Assembly: GCA_044892525.1 (NCBI GenBank)
Contig: CM097885.1
Location: forward strand, 41,356,001 to 41,420,000
From: Schmidtea polychroa
Taxonomy: Eukaryota
Length of the DNA: 64,000 bases
Reading direction: 5' to 3'
Below, piece by piece: positions 27,201-38,400 of the stretch (within the stretch, counting starts at the first letter, position 1; each line of letters begins with the position of its first letter). Under the pieces are notes generated by a model. It was not told the DNA's origin, ran no database searches, and saw only the letters and a list, made by a program, of their open reading frames with translations. Both the position numbers and the translations under genes were made by a program.

Positions 27201-29479
27201 CATATAAAATGATAGCATGTTTATGTCCATGCATAGCCAAATATTTGATCACTGCGAGGCACGATAAGGAAATCAAACGGATGAAAAGTCGAAGGGAAGA
27301 GGGTGAAATAATGATCACCAATGAAAAAGAGGACGATACAAACAGATCAGAAAATATTGAGCAACCACATATTGGGTTATATGATAATCAAAGAGAACAA
27401 TTGACAGAATTAAGAAATAATATTGAAATAAGAATCCCAGGTGAAAATGGTAATTGTCATGGTGTTCCAAGGAAAACTTATGGATGTTACGGGTTAGAAC
27501 TTGACGATATATTAGAAGGGTTAAATGAAGCAAGGCCTAAATTACAAATAGTGATAAATGATACGATAATAAAGGCATTATGTGACACAGGAGCAGCAGC
27601 TTCTATGATTCGTGAAGATCAGTTAACCGGAAACCAAAAGAAAAATATTGTGAGCACAAGAGATAGAGTAATTTCATTATCATCACATTACATACCATTA
27701 AAAGGAGATATCGAATTAACAGTCCACTTTTCGGATCAAGTGGTTGAACATGTCTTCAAGGTAGTAGCAGAATGTAAATGCGTATGTGTCCTTGGGATGG
27801 ACATACTCAAAAAGTTAAAAAACTGTGTAATCGATTTAACGGATAGTACAGTCAAACGGAAGGCAATATATCAAGATGCAAGATTTACTGAGGTAATTGC
27901 ATTAGAGACATTTGAACTAGAGTATCAAAGTGATCATATAATTCCAGTAAAAGTTAATGTTAAAAGTGAGGACACTTTCATTTTCGAGCCTGAAACGGCA
28001 ATATCACGAAATCATAACGTAATGTTAACAGACGAGTGTGTAATTCCAAATAATGGGATAATTCCAATAAGAATCGCGAATTACGAAAGAAATAAAGTAA
28101 AAATTCATAAAGGTACAAAATTGGGAAAGTTGTTCAAAGGTGAATTAGAGCAAACATTTGAAGTACGTGAGATGTCGATGACGAGGGATGTCAGTGAAAG
28201 AATGGTCGAACAGAGTAGAGCGAATAATATCAAATTTTATGATAAAATTAAAATAAATAATAATTATCTAAATGAAACACAACAACTACAACTACAAATA
28301 TTACTTGACGAATACAGTGATGTTTTTGCAAAACACGAATTTGATTTAGGAGATACTGACATTATCAAACATGTAATCGATACAGGGAATGCTAGACCAA
28401 TAAAACAGAGACCCTATAGTGTACCATATAAACTGAGGGAGGAAATAAAACGACAAATTAAAGAATTAAAAGAGGCAGGCGTAATAAAACAAAGTTTTTC
28501 ACAATGGGCATCACCTATCGTACCAGTTAGAAAGAAAGACGGGGAAATTCGAATGTGCATTGATTATCGTAAATTAAATGATGTAACAGTAAAAGACTCA
28601 TACCCATTCCCAAAAGCACAAGAACAATATGATAAACTTAGAGATACTAAATATTTCACAGTAATAGATGCAAATAAAGGCTACATGCAAATTCAAATGG
28701 AAGAGGGGGATGCGGAAAAGACAGCTTTTGTGATAGAAGACGGTTTATATGAATATACAAGATTACCTTTTGGGTTAACTAATGCGCCAGCAACATTTCA
28801 ACGTTTAATGAATACAGTATTAGTAGACGTACAACATTGCGCAGTATATATGGATGATATATTAATTTCATCAAAAACATTTGAGGAACATCTAAAAGAT
28901 ATAGCTAACGTACTAGAAAGATTAAGAAAAGCAAAAATCAAAATAAAACCCACTAAGTGTAAATGGGCAGAACCTTCAGCATTATTCTTAGGACATATAG
29001 TTACAGTAGATGGTATAATACCTAATCCCGAAAAAATTGAAGTAGTTAAAAAATTCCCAGTTCCAAAAACATTACAACAAGTACAGGGATTTTTAGGTCT
29101 CACAGGATATTATCGTAAATTCATACAAGATTATGCAAAAATAGCAGCACCACTAATTGAATTAACAAAAGGAGTCAAAACAAAGGGAGAGAGTAAAGGA
29201 GTGTTAATAGTGCAGGAAATTAACGATAAAATTAACAAGCCACAAAAGAAATGGAAAGATGAACATCAAAAAGCTTTTGATCAACTAAAAGAAAAATTAA
29301 TAACAGCACCGATACTAAGATACCCAGACTTTAAAAAACAGTTTATTGTCATGACAGACGCCAGCGGGAAGGCCGTAGGGGCAGTCTTAGGACAAGAAGA
29401 GGAAAAGGGTAAAGATTATGTAATAGCTTATGCAAGCAAAACATTAAAAGGAGCACAGATTAGGTACTCAACAATTTAG
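24263..29479 (+). CDS. pol: Element A polyprotein middle part: Ubl, AT-hook, Bcl-2-like, chuvirus-type glycoprotein, protease, RT, start of RNase H (ends at a premature TAG)
   Basis: LYFNGVEMMNNEYIIDYGV (Ubl); RGRGRPRK; WIKLKGGW (BH2); IIAYDC..CTNELPV..PITRIL; LCDTGA; YMDD; TDAS. Confidence 0.9.
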   Translation: MLWEFVRKNQKLHESLNITIEAKDLSRILMRSTGVHVCTKVNKVKQMARANWPEKLGDNDKVKLYFNGVEMMNNEYIIDYGVNVIDNNIISAVIERQESKQVDTPTPSVELSINDENDYDKLFRLWDASSGGAMRSPTASEEIFKPIDTKYDNLHETIEKIAKQANMQDAETMRRGRGRPRKSEIAEKSDDRKAAERLRDIANNMRQEAPKNQDNDKDIKMITELVKAMNMRRFPEAKPSALIENIVKKIKLMEKEIRELSAEEANEETVLKILFTTGVNRDKVITAMAYLIARYKKLLRLNPKNQIENIAKMIYNKLKIGAMPWIKLKGGWKILYDESLIESAQESVENNINVEIDDTEETVKNLVNKTTMKPSQKERKSTMSIVIIVITLLLDLIKGNNAIIAYDCQNPKWGQKYSLLDVENCPEANPTKLIVADPKIFHIYQESDFIHTEAGECIVKYSEESFVCNKIARTILTPTWAPEAIIIAPIECENAFKTKKIKTPDGFELNAQVGARVRQLVNVVGWSSIGGYCEGGTYKIWGHVADNIVVRRQYYIELRKFKASFDSSSKKMMTHKFCTLDETSCDTGESMIIYKVNKYECHLTKLKTLKFRTIRGKQFTDVDSKNIKDQKRRATIIQERDTPTIYMSDSETEAMRFVGKGESIKCGKAVIQTNYEGIYISGSEIKEAKSRIDKFDVKLASYFNNKIDYFYHHQLVQLDKVYQATIANDCKLNREILRTKMAVAVTNPDLMAPILFAEKGTFARVVGEVIQTFQCKPVSVSLATNSKCTNELPVVYKGETVYLQPITRILTDKDYVPRKIDKCTNLLDPLYKINDDMWITMSDRKEATKPQKLELTELEKKLEFQEVNEMDNNGMYTREAIESARKHMLFPHEKEKVLSIMVNKIIENSYGGNYNFDVLLSKEHFKKVVYRVLYSIWGYFAILGNTFSTILGIYYTVALLKMICSSLVSLRQLRQVFGNSYKMIACLCPCIAKYLITARHDKEIKRMKSRREEGEIMITNEKEDDTNRSENIEQPHIGLYDNQREQLTELRNNIEIRIPGENGNCHGVPRKTYGCYGLELDDILEGLNEARPKLQIVINDTIIKALCDTGAAASMIREDQLTGNQKKNIVSTRDRVISLSSHYIPLKGDIELTVHFSDQVVEHVFKVVAECKCVCVLGMDILKKLKNCVIDLTDSTVKRKAIYQDARFTEVIALETFELEYQSDHIIPVKVNVKSEDTFIFEPETAISRNHNVMLTDECVIPNNGIIPIRIANYERNKVKIHKGTKLGKLFKGELEQTFEVREMSMTRDVSERMVEQSRANNIKFYDKIKINNNYLNETQQLQLQILLDEYSDVFAKHEFDLGDTDIIKHVIDTGNARPIKQRPYSVPYKLREEIKRQIKELKEAGVIKQSFSQWASPIVPVRKKDGEIRMCIDYRKLNDVTVKDSYPFPKAQEQYDKLRDTKYFTVIDANKGYMQIQMEEGDAEKTAFVIEDGLYEYTRLPFGLTNAPATFQRLMNTVLVDVQHCAVYMDDILISSKTFEEHLKDIANVLERLRKAKIKIKPTKCKWAEPSALFLGHIVTVDGIIPNPEKIEVVKKFPVPKTLQQVQGFLGLTGYYRKFIQDYAKIAAPLIELTKGVKTKGESKGVLIVQEINDKINKPQKKWKDEHQKAFDQLKEKLITAPILRYPDFKKQFIVMTDASGKAVGAVLGQEEEKGKDYVIAYASKTLKGAQIRYSTI

Positions 29480-31843
29480 AAAGAATGTTATGCTATAGTT
29501 TTTGCATTAAAACAATTTAAACCATACATATATGGAACTGAAGTAGTAATTAGAACAGACCATAAGCCATTAGAAGGGTTATGGAAACATAAAGATACAT
29601 CCAGTAGACTGTTAAAATGGGCAATGAAAATACAAGACATGCACATAAAGATTGCATATAAACCAGGTAGAATAAACAGGAATGCAGATGCATTATCACG
29701 AATTCCAGAGTTAGGAGCACTAGAAGTTTTTGCATTAGTAACCGAAAAACCAATAGAAATATATGAGGAACAAATGAAAGATCCAGAACTCTTCAAGATA
29801 AGAGAAGAAATAAAAAAGGGAACTAACCAAAAGTATAAAATCTGTAAGAAGTTAATTGTTATTGAGGATTTTAGCGGTAAACAATTAATAGTAGTACCAC
29901 AAAGATTAAGACAAATTCTTCTGTTACAATACCACGATGGTGCTTTAGGAGGTCATTTATCAAGTAGGAAAACAGCAAGCAGATTGATGCAAAAATATTA
30001 TTGGGATGATTTGAAAAAGGATGTCAAGAGATGGTGTAATGCATGCACAATATGCGCAACTAGAAAAAATACAGGAACAAAAACTAAAGCACCTTTACAT
30101 CCAATCCCAGCTACAACATCACCAATGGAATTGTGCGCAATGGATTTTTTGTGTAAACTACCCACAACAATTAAGGGGAATAAGCACATACTAGTTTTTA
30201 GCGATTATTTTACAAAATGGGCAGAGGCATTTCCTACAAAAGATGAAACAGCAGAAACAGTAGCTAAATTACTTGTGGAAAAAATAATCTTTAAAATCGG
30301 TACACCGAGAAAATTACTAACAGATAAAGGGAAAAATTTCATGAGTGAAACTATAAAAAGAGTAGCTAACATATTTAACATGCATAAAATCAACACAACA
30401 GCATACCACCCTCAGACCGATGGTTTAGTAGAGAGATTCAATGGGACATTGCTAAGTAGATTAGCTGTGTTTGTGGGAAAAAACCAAAATGATTGGGATG
30501 AATACGTTAATCAATGTACATACATCCATAATATCACACCAAATGAGACAACGGGATATTCACCATATTTTCTAATGTTCTTAAGAGAGCCGGCGACACC
30601 GATTGATACAATTTTTGAGCCTCGAGTATCACAATATTTAGATGCGCCAGATTATGTAACATTAATGCAAGAGAGATTACAAGAGGTATACAAGGTTGCA
30701 AATTTAAAAGTTAAATTCAGACAAGAACAATATAAAGCAGATTACGATAAAAATAGCAAACCTCATAATTTTAAAGTGGGAGATAAGGTTAGACTTATGT
30801 CTCCACAAGTAGGAAAAGGCAAAACAACTAAATTAGCAAGACCATTTAAAGGACCATACGAGGTAGTAAAAGTAATACATGAAAACCTGCATTTACAAAA
30901 ACATAAAAATGAGGATCCTATAATAGTACATGTTAACAGATGCAAATTAGCAGAAACAGAGTTAGTAGAAAAACCACCTCACAAATATGGATTACGATCG
31001 CAAAAAGCACTGATGATGGCAGCGACATTTTTAACAATTATAGGGTTGTGTAAATCAACTGAAGTGGAAAACGAAAACATACACTCAGTAGAATACATGG
31101 CTGAAGATATTTTAATCAACATTTCACCATATAAAATTAGAGTATATAACTTAAATAAATCACCAATAAGAGACTTGTATCTGGAAACTAGGGATAATAT
31201 ACCCAAACTTATGAAAAAAATTGAAAATAGATCAACTAATGAATTTGAGAGAGGGGATAATGTTGAATTCGGAAATCTACAACCCAACACTAATTACACA
31301 CTTTGTGCACAATGGAATACATTAGTTGACACATCACAGATAAGGTGCAAAAGACTAAAAACTATTAAAATAAATAGACTTAGAATAAGAAAACCAAAAA
31401 GAAAGAAGATATCAACAACCAGAAAAACAACTACTATAAATTCAACACCCACACATCCTATATCACAAACGATAACGAATATATATAGGAAAACGACATT
31501 TAAAGCGGTTAGACAAATATATAAAAAATTAATAATGAAAAATCCAAGACAGTCTGATAGGAAACTGATAAAATTACCTACAGGAAAACCGATAGTTATA
31601 AATAACTGGAATGAATTACAAGTATTTCAAAAGAAAGCAAGCAAACCACAATGGCCTTTTTATATAATAGCTACAAGTGTAGTATCATTCGCGATTTTAG
31701 CAATTGTCACTAGTGTACAAGTTTATAAAAAGTACAAGTGGAAAAGGCAGCGGTATCGGCACCGACTGGTCAAAGAAGCACCAGGGCATTTTCACTTGGA
31801 CAAATATATCCCTGGACAATATACTCTGTCCACACTGGTATAA
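29480..31843 (+). CDS. pol: Element A in-frame continuation after the TAG: rest of RNase H, integrase, then signal peptide, FN3-like domain and TM
   Basis: KECYAIVF..TDHKPL; HHCC; MDF..TDKG..VERFN; GPY; NLQPNTNYTL; hydrophobic FYIIATSVVSFAILAIVTSV. Confidence 0.9.
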   Translation, partial: KECYAIVFALKQFKPYIYGTEVVIRTDHKPLEGLWKHKDTSSRLLKWAMKIQDMHIKIAYKPGRINRNADALSRIPELGALEVFALVTEKPIEIYEEQMKDPELFKIREEIKKGTNQKYKICKKLIVIEDFSGKQLIVVPQRLRQILLLQYHDGALGGHLSSRKTASRLMQKYYWDDLKKDVKRWCNACTICATRKNTGTKTKAPLHPIPATTSPMELCAMDFLCKLPTTIKGNKHILVFSDYFTKWAEAFPTKDETAETVAKLLVEKIIFKIGTPRKLLTDKGKNFMSETIKRVANIFNMHKINTTAYHPQTDGLVERFNGTLLSRLAVFVGKNQNDWDEYVNQCTYIHNITPNETTGYSPYFLMFLREPATPIDTIFEPRVSQYLDAPDYVTLMQERLQEVYKVANLKVKFRQEQYKADYDKNSKPHNFKVGDKVRLMSPQVGKGKTTKLARPFKGPYEVVKVIHENLHLQKHKNEDPIIVHVNRCKLAETELVEKPPHKYGLRSQKALMMAATFLTIIGLCKSTEVENENIHSVEYMAEDILINISPYKIRVYNLNKSPIRDLYLETRDNIPKLMKKIENRSTNEFERGDNVEFGNLQPNTNYTLCAQWNTLVDTSQIRCKRLKTIKINRLRIRKPKRKKISTTRKTTTINSTPTHPISQTITNIYRKTTFKAVRQIYKKLIMKNPRQSDRKLIKLPTGKPIVINNWNELQVFQKKASKPQWPFYIIATSVVSFAILAIVTSVQVYKKYKWKRQRYRHRLVKEAPGHFHLDKYIPGQYTLSTLV

Positions 31844-32117
31844 TAACTTAAAAAATTTTAATTACATAAATTGGTCAATGATATATAATAAAAGTATATA
31901 TATTAATATTTATATAACTGCGTATAAGGTTAAACCTCAAATGCGCAACAAGCATAAATATTTATTATTTGTTTTTAGAATAGTAATAAGAAGTTTATCG
32001 AATCAATTCAGTCAAATCAATCCCCAAATAAATCAGTCTAATCAAATCGATCCTCCAATAATCCAAAATCAAATCAGCCAATCTAATCAATCCAATCGTC
32101 TTCATTCAAACAAATCA

Positions 32118-34034
32118 ATGCACCCACATACGTCAGTTCACATGCATTCTCAAAGAGCAAAACCTCAGCGAAATCCTGAAACTCAGAAAATAAGGCAATA
32201 CGTGCCGATGTTACAGAAACACTACCACAGTTTCTATAAAAACCTGCAAAATAAGATCAGTACAGATGGTACTCCCATTACTATTAGAAGTTTCCCCAAC
32301 CAAGTATGCATTCCTAATGATATGAAAATTGAGATAGAAGAAAGGGAATTGCATCTTATCAAATTTAATGAAGCAAGAAGAGTCAAATTGAGAGAATTAA
32401 TCGGAGCGTATGACAAATTCCCCAATGCAGAGGAGGCTGCAAGAGCTGGAAAGAAAGTGCCCCATAGAATTTTATTTCACATCACAAAAACAGAGGTAGC
32501 AATATGCCAACAAAGGATACCGTTAATCACCACGAGCAATTGCACCATAACAATAAAAACTACAAAAAATGATCGGAGTGTCCCAAACGACTACAATGAA
32601 TTGATAGTCCAAATGAACAGCCTACCCTGTGTCATAGCGATCGAAATATTATACATACCCACGATCCCAAATCCATTTCAGCAGTTGGAACTCATTAAAT
32701 CAAACATTTATATGCATGGAGATTTCATCAGAAGAAAAATGTCATTTACCCACAAAGAATTATCCACGGCGGAGAGACATCATCTGATAATGTTTGTAGA
32801 TGCAAAATTAGTATGCGACATCAACAACAACTTAAGGCCAGTAGAGGTCAGCATACGGAATTTTAAGGGTGTAACAATATTTGATGAGAAAATTACACCT
32901 AGAACGAAAATCCTACATTATTATCCAGAGAAGACAAAGGCCAACAAGGAAAATATCATCGGGAATAAAGATGAATACGAAGCACTGGTCGAAATCCAAC
33001 AGTTACTTTGCGGAAAAATAGTCGTAGGATTCGACATCATTGGAAAACTCAAAGCTCTCACATTAGATCTCTATAATGTTATGGGAGTTAGAGAAATGTC
33101 GGAAGATATATTTATGTGCTCGTACGTCAAAAACGTTGCGCCACACAAGATAAAATTGTCCAACCTGGCATACCAGGTAATCAGACATCACAAAAGGTGG
33201 GACAAAGATAAACGCATAAATAGAATGCTGCGTGAACCCGAACCATTTCCAGCATGGCAAACCACGATGATCGTCAAAGTGATATATGCAATTGTAGAAA
33301 ATCAATGGGAAGAAGTTGTTAAATGGGACTCAGAAGCCTTCAGTGAACAACAAATAAAAGATCAGTTATATCCCATTAAAGAAAGTAGTCTGGAGGATAT
33401 GTCGGGCGATGAAGAAGACATTTATATAGAACCATCGCAAATCGAATTGAAATTTAATAAAGACGGGACACGCAGGACTTTCGAAAATGAATTAATGGAA
33501 AGCGATGACGACGTAATATTCATCAAAGAGGAGAAAATACGAATGCCTGAAGCAACAGTCAAACTGGAATTACAGGAACCAAAATTCCATCCAGGAAAAC
33601 TAATGGAATGCGACCTCAACTCTGATGAGGAATACTTCTCAATTAACGAGCAAGAGGAGGAAAATATGGATATAGACGAATTGGGACCGGAACCAGATAT
33701 CGCAATCGAGGAGGAACCCAATTTTATCATACCCAAGGAGAAGGACCAGATTACAGAAAAGGAATTGACCCGACATTTTGGAAGGCGTATAAATGATGGC
33801 GACACATTAAATCTCGCATTGGCAAAAGGCTTTAGCAAAACGAGAATGCTGATAAAAGATAATGAAATCGAGCTGGTACGTAGTGAAAGAGATAATGCGG
33901 ACATTATCTTAACGGCCCAGGGAGGAATGTTAGATGATGAGGGTAGGCCCATCACTACATTTAGCTTAAATAAATATTATAAGACTGGGCCCAAAAAATA
34001 TAGAATCAATGTGTGCGCTGAAGAGCGTAGGTAA
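32118..34034 (+). CDS. Element A accessory ORF: degenerate DEDDh exonuclease homologue with acidic tail (start uncertain)
   Basis: Colinear with the element B ORF at 50479 (IPN, RKMSF, MFVDAK, ITPRTKI, EIQQLLCGKIVVGFDI, GVRE); runs into the 3' LTR. Confidence 0.8.
   Translation: MHPHTSVHMHSQRAKPQRNPETQKIRQYVPMLQKHYHSFYKNLQNKISTDGTPITIRSFPNQVCIPNDMKIEIEERELHLIKFNEARRVKLRELIGAYDKFPNAEEAARAGKKVPHRILFHITKTEVAICQQRIPLITTSNCTITIKTTKNDRSVPNDYNELIVQMNSLPCVIAIEILYIPTIPNPFQQLELIKSNIYMHGDFIRRKMSFTHKELSTAERHHLIMFVDAKLVCDINNNLRPVEVSIRNFKGVTIFDEKITPRTKILHYYPEKTKANKENIIGNKDEYEALVEIQQLLCGKIVVGFDIIGKLKALTLDLYNVMGVREMSEDIFMCSYVKNVAPHKIKLSNLAYQVIRHHKRWDKDKRINRMLREPEPFPAWQTTMIVKVIYAIVENQWEEVVKWDSEAFSEQQIKDQLYPIKESSLEDMSGDEEDIYIEPSQIELKFNKDGTRRTFENELMESDDDVIFIKEEKIRMPEATVKLELQEPKFHPGKLMECDLNSDEEYFSINEQEEENMDIDELGPEPDIAIEEEPNFIIPKEKDQITEKELTRHFGRRINDGDTLNLALAKGFSKTRMLIKDNEIELVRSERDNADIILTAQGGMLDDEGRPITTFSLNKYYKTGPKKYRINVCAEERR
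33919..33927 (+). promoter_or_regulatory. Polypurine tract of A
   Basis: AGGGAGGAA directly before the 3' LTR. Confidence 0.8.
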
Positions 34035-35008
34035 ATCAAATAGCCCAATTCCCCAACAATCCAATGCATCAAATAGCAACCAACAATTCAATTCCTAAAT
34101 CAAATTCATCAAATGATGACAATAACTTCTGTGTGATGAATTAACATTGACCTATTCATTTTTCATTTTGTAGTATATCTTATTGACATTATTCTATGTG
34201 ACCTATTTACTTTATCTGTGTGACATTTTGTGTGTTTCTAACTTTATTTTTATTTTTATTTGTAATTGTATCGGTAAACACAAAAAAAATAAATATATAT
34301 AAAGGGTAAATTTATTAGTTTTATAAAAGAACAATTATTAATATGAAAATTAATTAGTTCTACAAAATAATAATTATAAAACATCTGTTAAAAGAAAATT
34401 CTTTTTTTAAGCATAAGAACACTTGAAATATAAAAATAATAATTTAAGTGTTTGAAATAAATCCATTGAGTACACATATAAAAATAATAACAAATTATTC
34501 TTGAAAATAATAACTCTTGATAATAGAAAATAATAATAAATTATTTTAAGTATTCTTGAAAATAATAAATCTTGATTTTATAATAATAGAAAATAATAAT
34601 AAATTATTTTAAGTATTCTTGAAAATAATAACTCTTGATTTTATGTCTAAAAAATTAATATAAATAGTGATACAAAATTCATTTTGTTCGCCCAAAAATT
34701 TCAGCGAAAAACTCTTATTCAAAGGTTAATCCTTAGAATAGCTCAATACCCGAATCAGCACAAAAAGATTCACATATAGACTAAACATACTAAGGTACAA
34801 CACGCATTACACAACATATAACAATACACATATAATTTTTACAAGCATTTCAGAAAGAGGTATTGAAAAAGAATTGTCAAAGCATTGCAAATTTTTTATA
34901 TTTGGTAATTGTTGATTATAATAAATCTTAATACATATATTTGTCTTTGTTTTGATATATATATAGGAACCAGTAAGTTGAGTGTTCCCGAATATCGAGA
35001 CATCAACA
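33928..35008 (+). repeat. Element A 3' LTR
   Basis: Direct repeat of 21434-22514, followed by TSD GAAG. Confidence 0.96.
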
Positions 35009-36836
35009 GAAGAAAATCTGAAAGTAGATATTAGCAAAAATTGTAACCTTGCATTAACGCCTTACTTTTACAGACGCTGTACGATGAGAAACGAATTTCA
35101 ATAAATTTCAATATCAACCAGCCAGCTCAGAATCTCACAAAGAAAAGATCTTTATGCTATCTCAAAATTTGTCACGATATATAAACTCTATCTATAAAAA
35201 AAGCTTATTCTAAGAATGACCATATAAAGATTGAAGTGGTTTCTAAACTACGTTTACTCAAAAAGTGCAATGTTCAAAGCGGAGAAACAAACTGAAAATA
35301 AATTACTTGGAAATATGATACAGAAAATGGGTCTTAAATCAAATATTTGGTTCATTGTCGGGATTTACCTAATATGAGCAATGTATAATATTTGACGACG
35401 AACCAAAAATATATTAAGGTTGATGAAAAATGTATTAATACAAATCTGACTCCAAATAAAAATATTATATAACTAATACACTATAATCGAGTGTGTCCCT
35501 TATGGAAAATCAAATAAAACAATTATTTTTTGCCTTTAATACTTTTATTTTATGTTTAAACTGCAATTATACCGTTGAACGTTCATTGTGGGTATGTTGA
35601 GGAGCATTTTCTTATATTATTTCATAGTTTAGCAAGTACTGCGGTGACTTATTTGCAGAGGGGTGAGCAGTTACTGATTTTGAAGTTACTCGAATATAAT
35701 GAGACAGTAAACAAGACATTTCATACGATTCATATTAAGAATTATTAAAATTGATTTCACTACCTAAATTGGCGATTTCTCGAAATTATCTCATCCAGAA
35801 AAATACAAAAAGTCTATTTTATTAATGAAAAATTATAACTATTTAAAAATATAGGTTCCAGTTCTGTTGAACCAATTTACAAATAAGAATCATTTCTTTA
35901 TACATTTTTCTCTCCACAATTTATTAATTCTAATTCGCAGAGATTATTCTTTCTACCCACTGATTGGATTTTTTGTACAGTTCTTACTATTAGAATTCCA
36001 AGGATATAGCTATCGTTCATAAATCAGATAATCTTGTTTCTCTTTACAATAAATATCAGTGGTTTCTTGTTGTTTGATCAAAACGTGTAAAATCTCGACA
36101 AGATAAGTTAATGGGAACTTTGATAATATACAGAAATAATCACAGAAATTGATGAAGATCGGAATTTGTGCCGCACTGAGTCAGAGTGTCCTAGAGAGAT
36201 TTGAAACATTTTGCAATGTTAAAGGACACTTTCAGCACGAGAGATTAAATTGTTTATGTGTGAATGAATTTCCCACTGTTCTAGTGTCGAATTTTCAAAT
36301 AAATAGTCTATGTGATAACTGTAAACCTACTTTTGGGCCACCTATATATGATAAAATATTGATAACTTCCTTAAACTTTATTTGCTTGATACATCAATTT
36401 TTATTCTAAAAAGATCAAAAATTAATTCTATGCTACACAAATTTTCGGCTTTGCATCTATGATTGTTAAATTATTAATTTCAGGATAATTATTTTCTTTA
36501 TTTGTAAACATAAAAATATTATTAACATAAAATTGTCAAGATAAAAATATTTTTAAAAATTAAATTTTAAATAATAAATTTTAAATAATAAATTTCTATC
36601 GATTTATTATAATTATAAACACGAATGTTGCTGGATTCCAAAATAATTATAATTTAAGTATTTTGTTGTTTAAACTTGTCAAATAGGATAATAGATAAAC
36701 TATTTTAACAAAATAAATTAGTCAATAAAATAATTTAAATTTGAATACATTTAACCAGAGATTAAAATTAATTTCCCAGTCAATTAGAATGGTTTAGAAT
36801 TTTTTTAAACTATTCATAAATTTATTCTATTTTTAG

Positions 36837-37034
36837 GCATCGAGCTTTGAATCCTCAATTGGTGTTTCACCAGATTATAACGAAGATTTTCCAGCAATGT
36901 TTAACATAATTTTATGGACAGTAGTTGCATTAATATTAACAGTGTATGCAATTGCATGGGGAATATGGAATATGAATCCTGGAAGAGATAGTATTATATA
37001 TAGGATGACGACTCAGCGTCAAAAGAAAGATTGA
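36837..37034 (+). CDS. ATP6AP2: Terminal exon of V-ATPase accessory protein 2 / (pro)renin receptor
   Basis: After a ttttag acceptor: DYNEDFPAMFNIILWTVVALILTVYAIAWGIWNMNPGRDSIIYRMTTQRQKKD*, the conserved ATP6AP2 TM and tail. Not in the ORF track. Confidence 0.92.
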   Translation, partial: ASSFESSIGVSPDYNEDFPAMFNIILWTVVALILTVYAIAWGIWNMNPGRDSIIYRMTTQRQKKD

Positions 37035-37434
37035 AAAATTTTTGAATTACTTGGCATAATATTATCATGTAGTATTTATTGATTAAACTGATTGAATAAA
37101 TCTTTGTTTCGTAGTTTTAATTATCTCATTTGTTAAAAGATTAATCTACTGATTATTGTGATAAATAAAGCAGTTGTTGAAATTTTCAATATTATTTTAT
37201 ATTAAGTATTTCGATAATTGTTAGTATAAAATTTATTTTAAGTACTTATTTAGTTTCAGTGTTTAAGTATTATCATATTGTTTTGCCGCAATTTATTAAT
37301 GTAATTGTCATTTTCAGCATTTATTTTGCACAAAATAATGTGTTCCAGTAGAACATTTTAAAAGTTTTATGAAGATATTCAACACCAAAATATGAATTTC
37401 TTTGGCTTTCCATTATTTTTACGATCTTAATCTC

Positions 37435-38005
37435 TTAGATCTCTGAGAACGAATCTTTTATATTTGAAATGGAAGCTGGTGAAAACGGTAATATCATTTC
37501 GAAAGAAGAGGTAGGTAACGATTCATTGTGGTGGGTCACAATCAACGTTGGTGATGTGTCGTATGTGTGAATATTCGCGGAAAGTGAGCGTATCTCTGAA
37601 CACTGGGTTCGTGGACTGCTTTTCGAAGGCCTATGTCCGACTTTGATCAGGTCCCCTTCGAACCCATGAAATTGTGTCCTATACAATAATATTGAGTAAG
37701 AAAAATCTTATTCACAAAACACTAATACTAACAGCTTTATTTTAAACGCATACATCACTGGACATGGACAGGATTCGATTTATCCAGGAGGATCAGGTTC
37801 GAGTGATCAAGGATTCCAGAAACCTGGACTGAGTTAGTTGTTGGGAGACCTGTAGCGCTTTAGCCCCTAACCGAAATGCCGGATCAATCAAAACCTGCTC
37901 CACCAAATATTGATCGGTAAGATCCTGATTTTGTTGAGCTCCCTTTTGCTTGAGTTGGATTTTCAGGACCAATCGATCCAGATAGAACATGGCTTACCGT
38001 TAGAC
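37435..38005 (-). other. Possible exons or pseudo-exons of an unidentified gene
   Basis: Two GC-richer blocks with AG acceptors (about 38005 and about 37680) separated by an intron-like AT gap; no recognisable motif. Confidence 0.3.
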
Positions 38006-38148
38006 TATGGAAAAAACAGAAAACGAATTTGAAATTCACCTCATTATATTCCTGGATTGCCAAAATGTAACAGAAATAATATAACAAACAAAAAAATAAA
38101 TTTCTGTTTTATTGCACAATAATTAATACAATTTTGCATTTAAAAAAT

Positions 38149-38400
38149 TCAGATAAATGTTACACAAAAATAAGAAAAAGAAATTTTATGAAATTTCTGT
38201 TGTTGGATTTCATTACAAAATTGGTTAATATTTTGTAAATATCCAATTGTTTTCAATTTTAAGAATGACAGGAGACTCATATCATTCAGTTGGCTTCTTA
38301 ATTTGCTTTTTATATAATTAATATTGGAAAATAATTGTTCAAAAAATATGTTGATCCAACAATTGAGAGAAGCCCAAATGCAAATTTCTTCAGCTGAAAA
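38149..38400 (-). pseudogene. hAT dimerisation-domain remnant
   Basis: EQLFSNINYIKSKLRSQLNDMSLLSFLKLK. Confidence 0.6.

Larger units (their letters stand above)
21434..35008 (+). mobile_element. Element A: full-length 13.6-kb Ty3/Gypsy LTR retrotransposon with envelope-like and accessory cargo
   Basis: Two 1081-bp TG..CA LTRs; TSD GAAG (21430-21433, 35009-35012); PBS; PPT; PR-RT-RH-IN order. Confidence 0.97.

Noticed and set aside
29477..29485. Programmed stop-codon readthrough
   Set aside because: The TAG replaces a conserved Glu inside RNase H and lacks a known readthrough context.
31704..32117. N-terminal 138 codons of the 776-aa ORF call
   Set aside because: Starts at TTG, overlaps the pol end and crosses AT-rich spacer-like sequence; similarity to B begins only near 32190.
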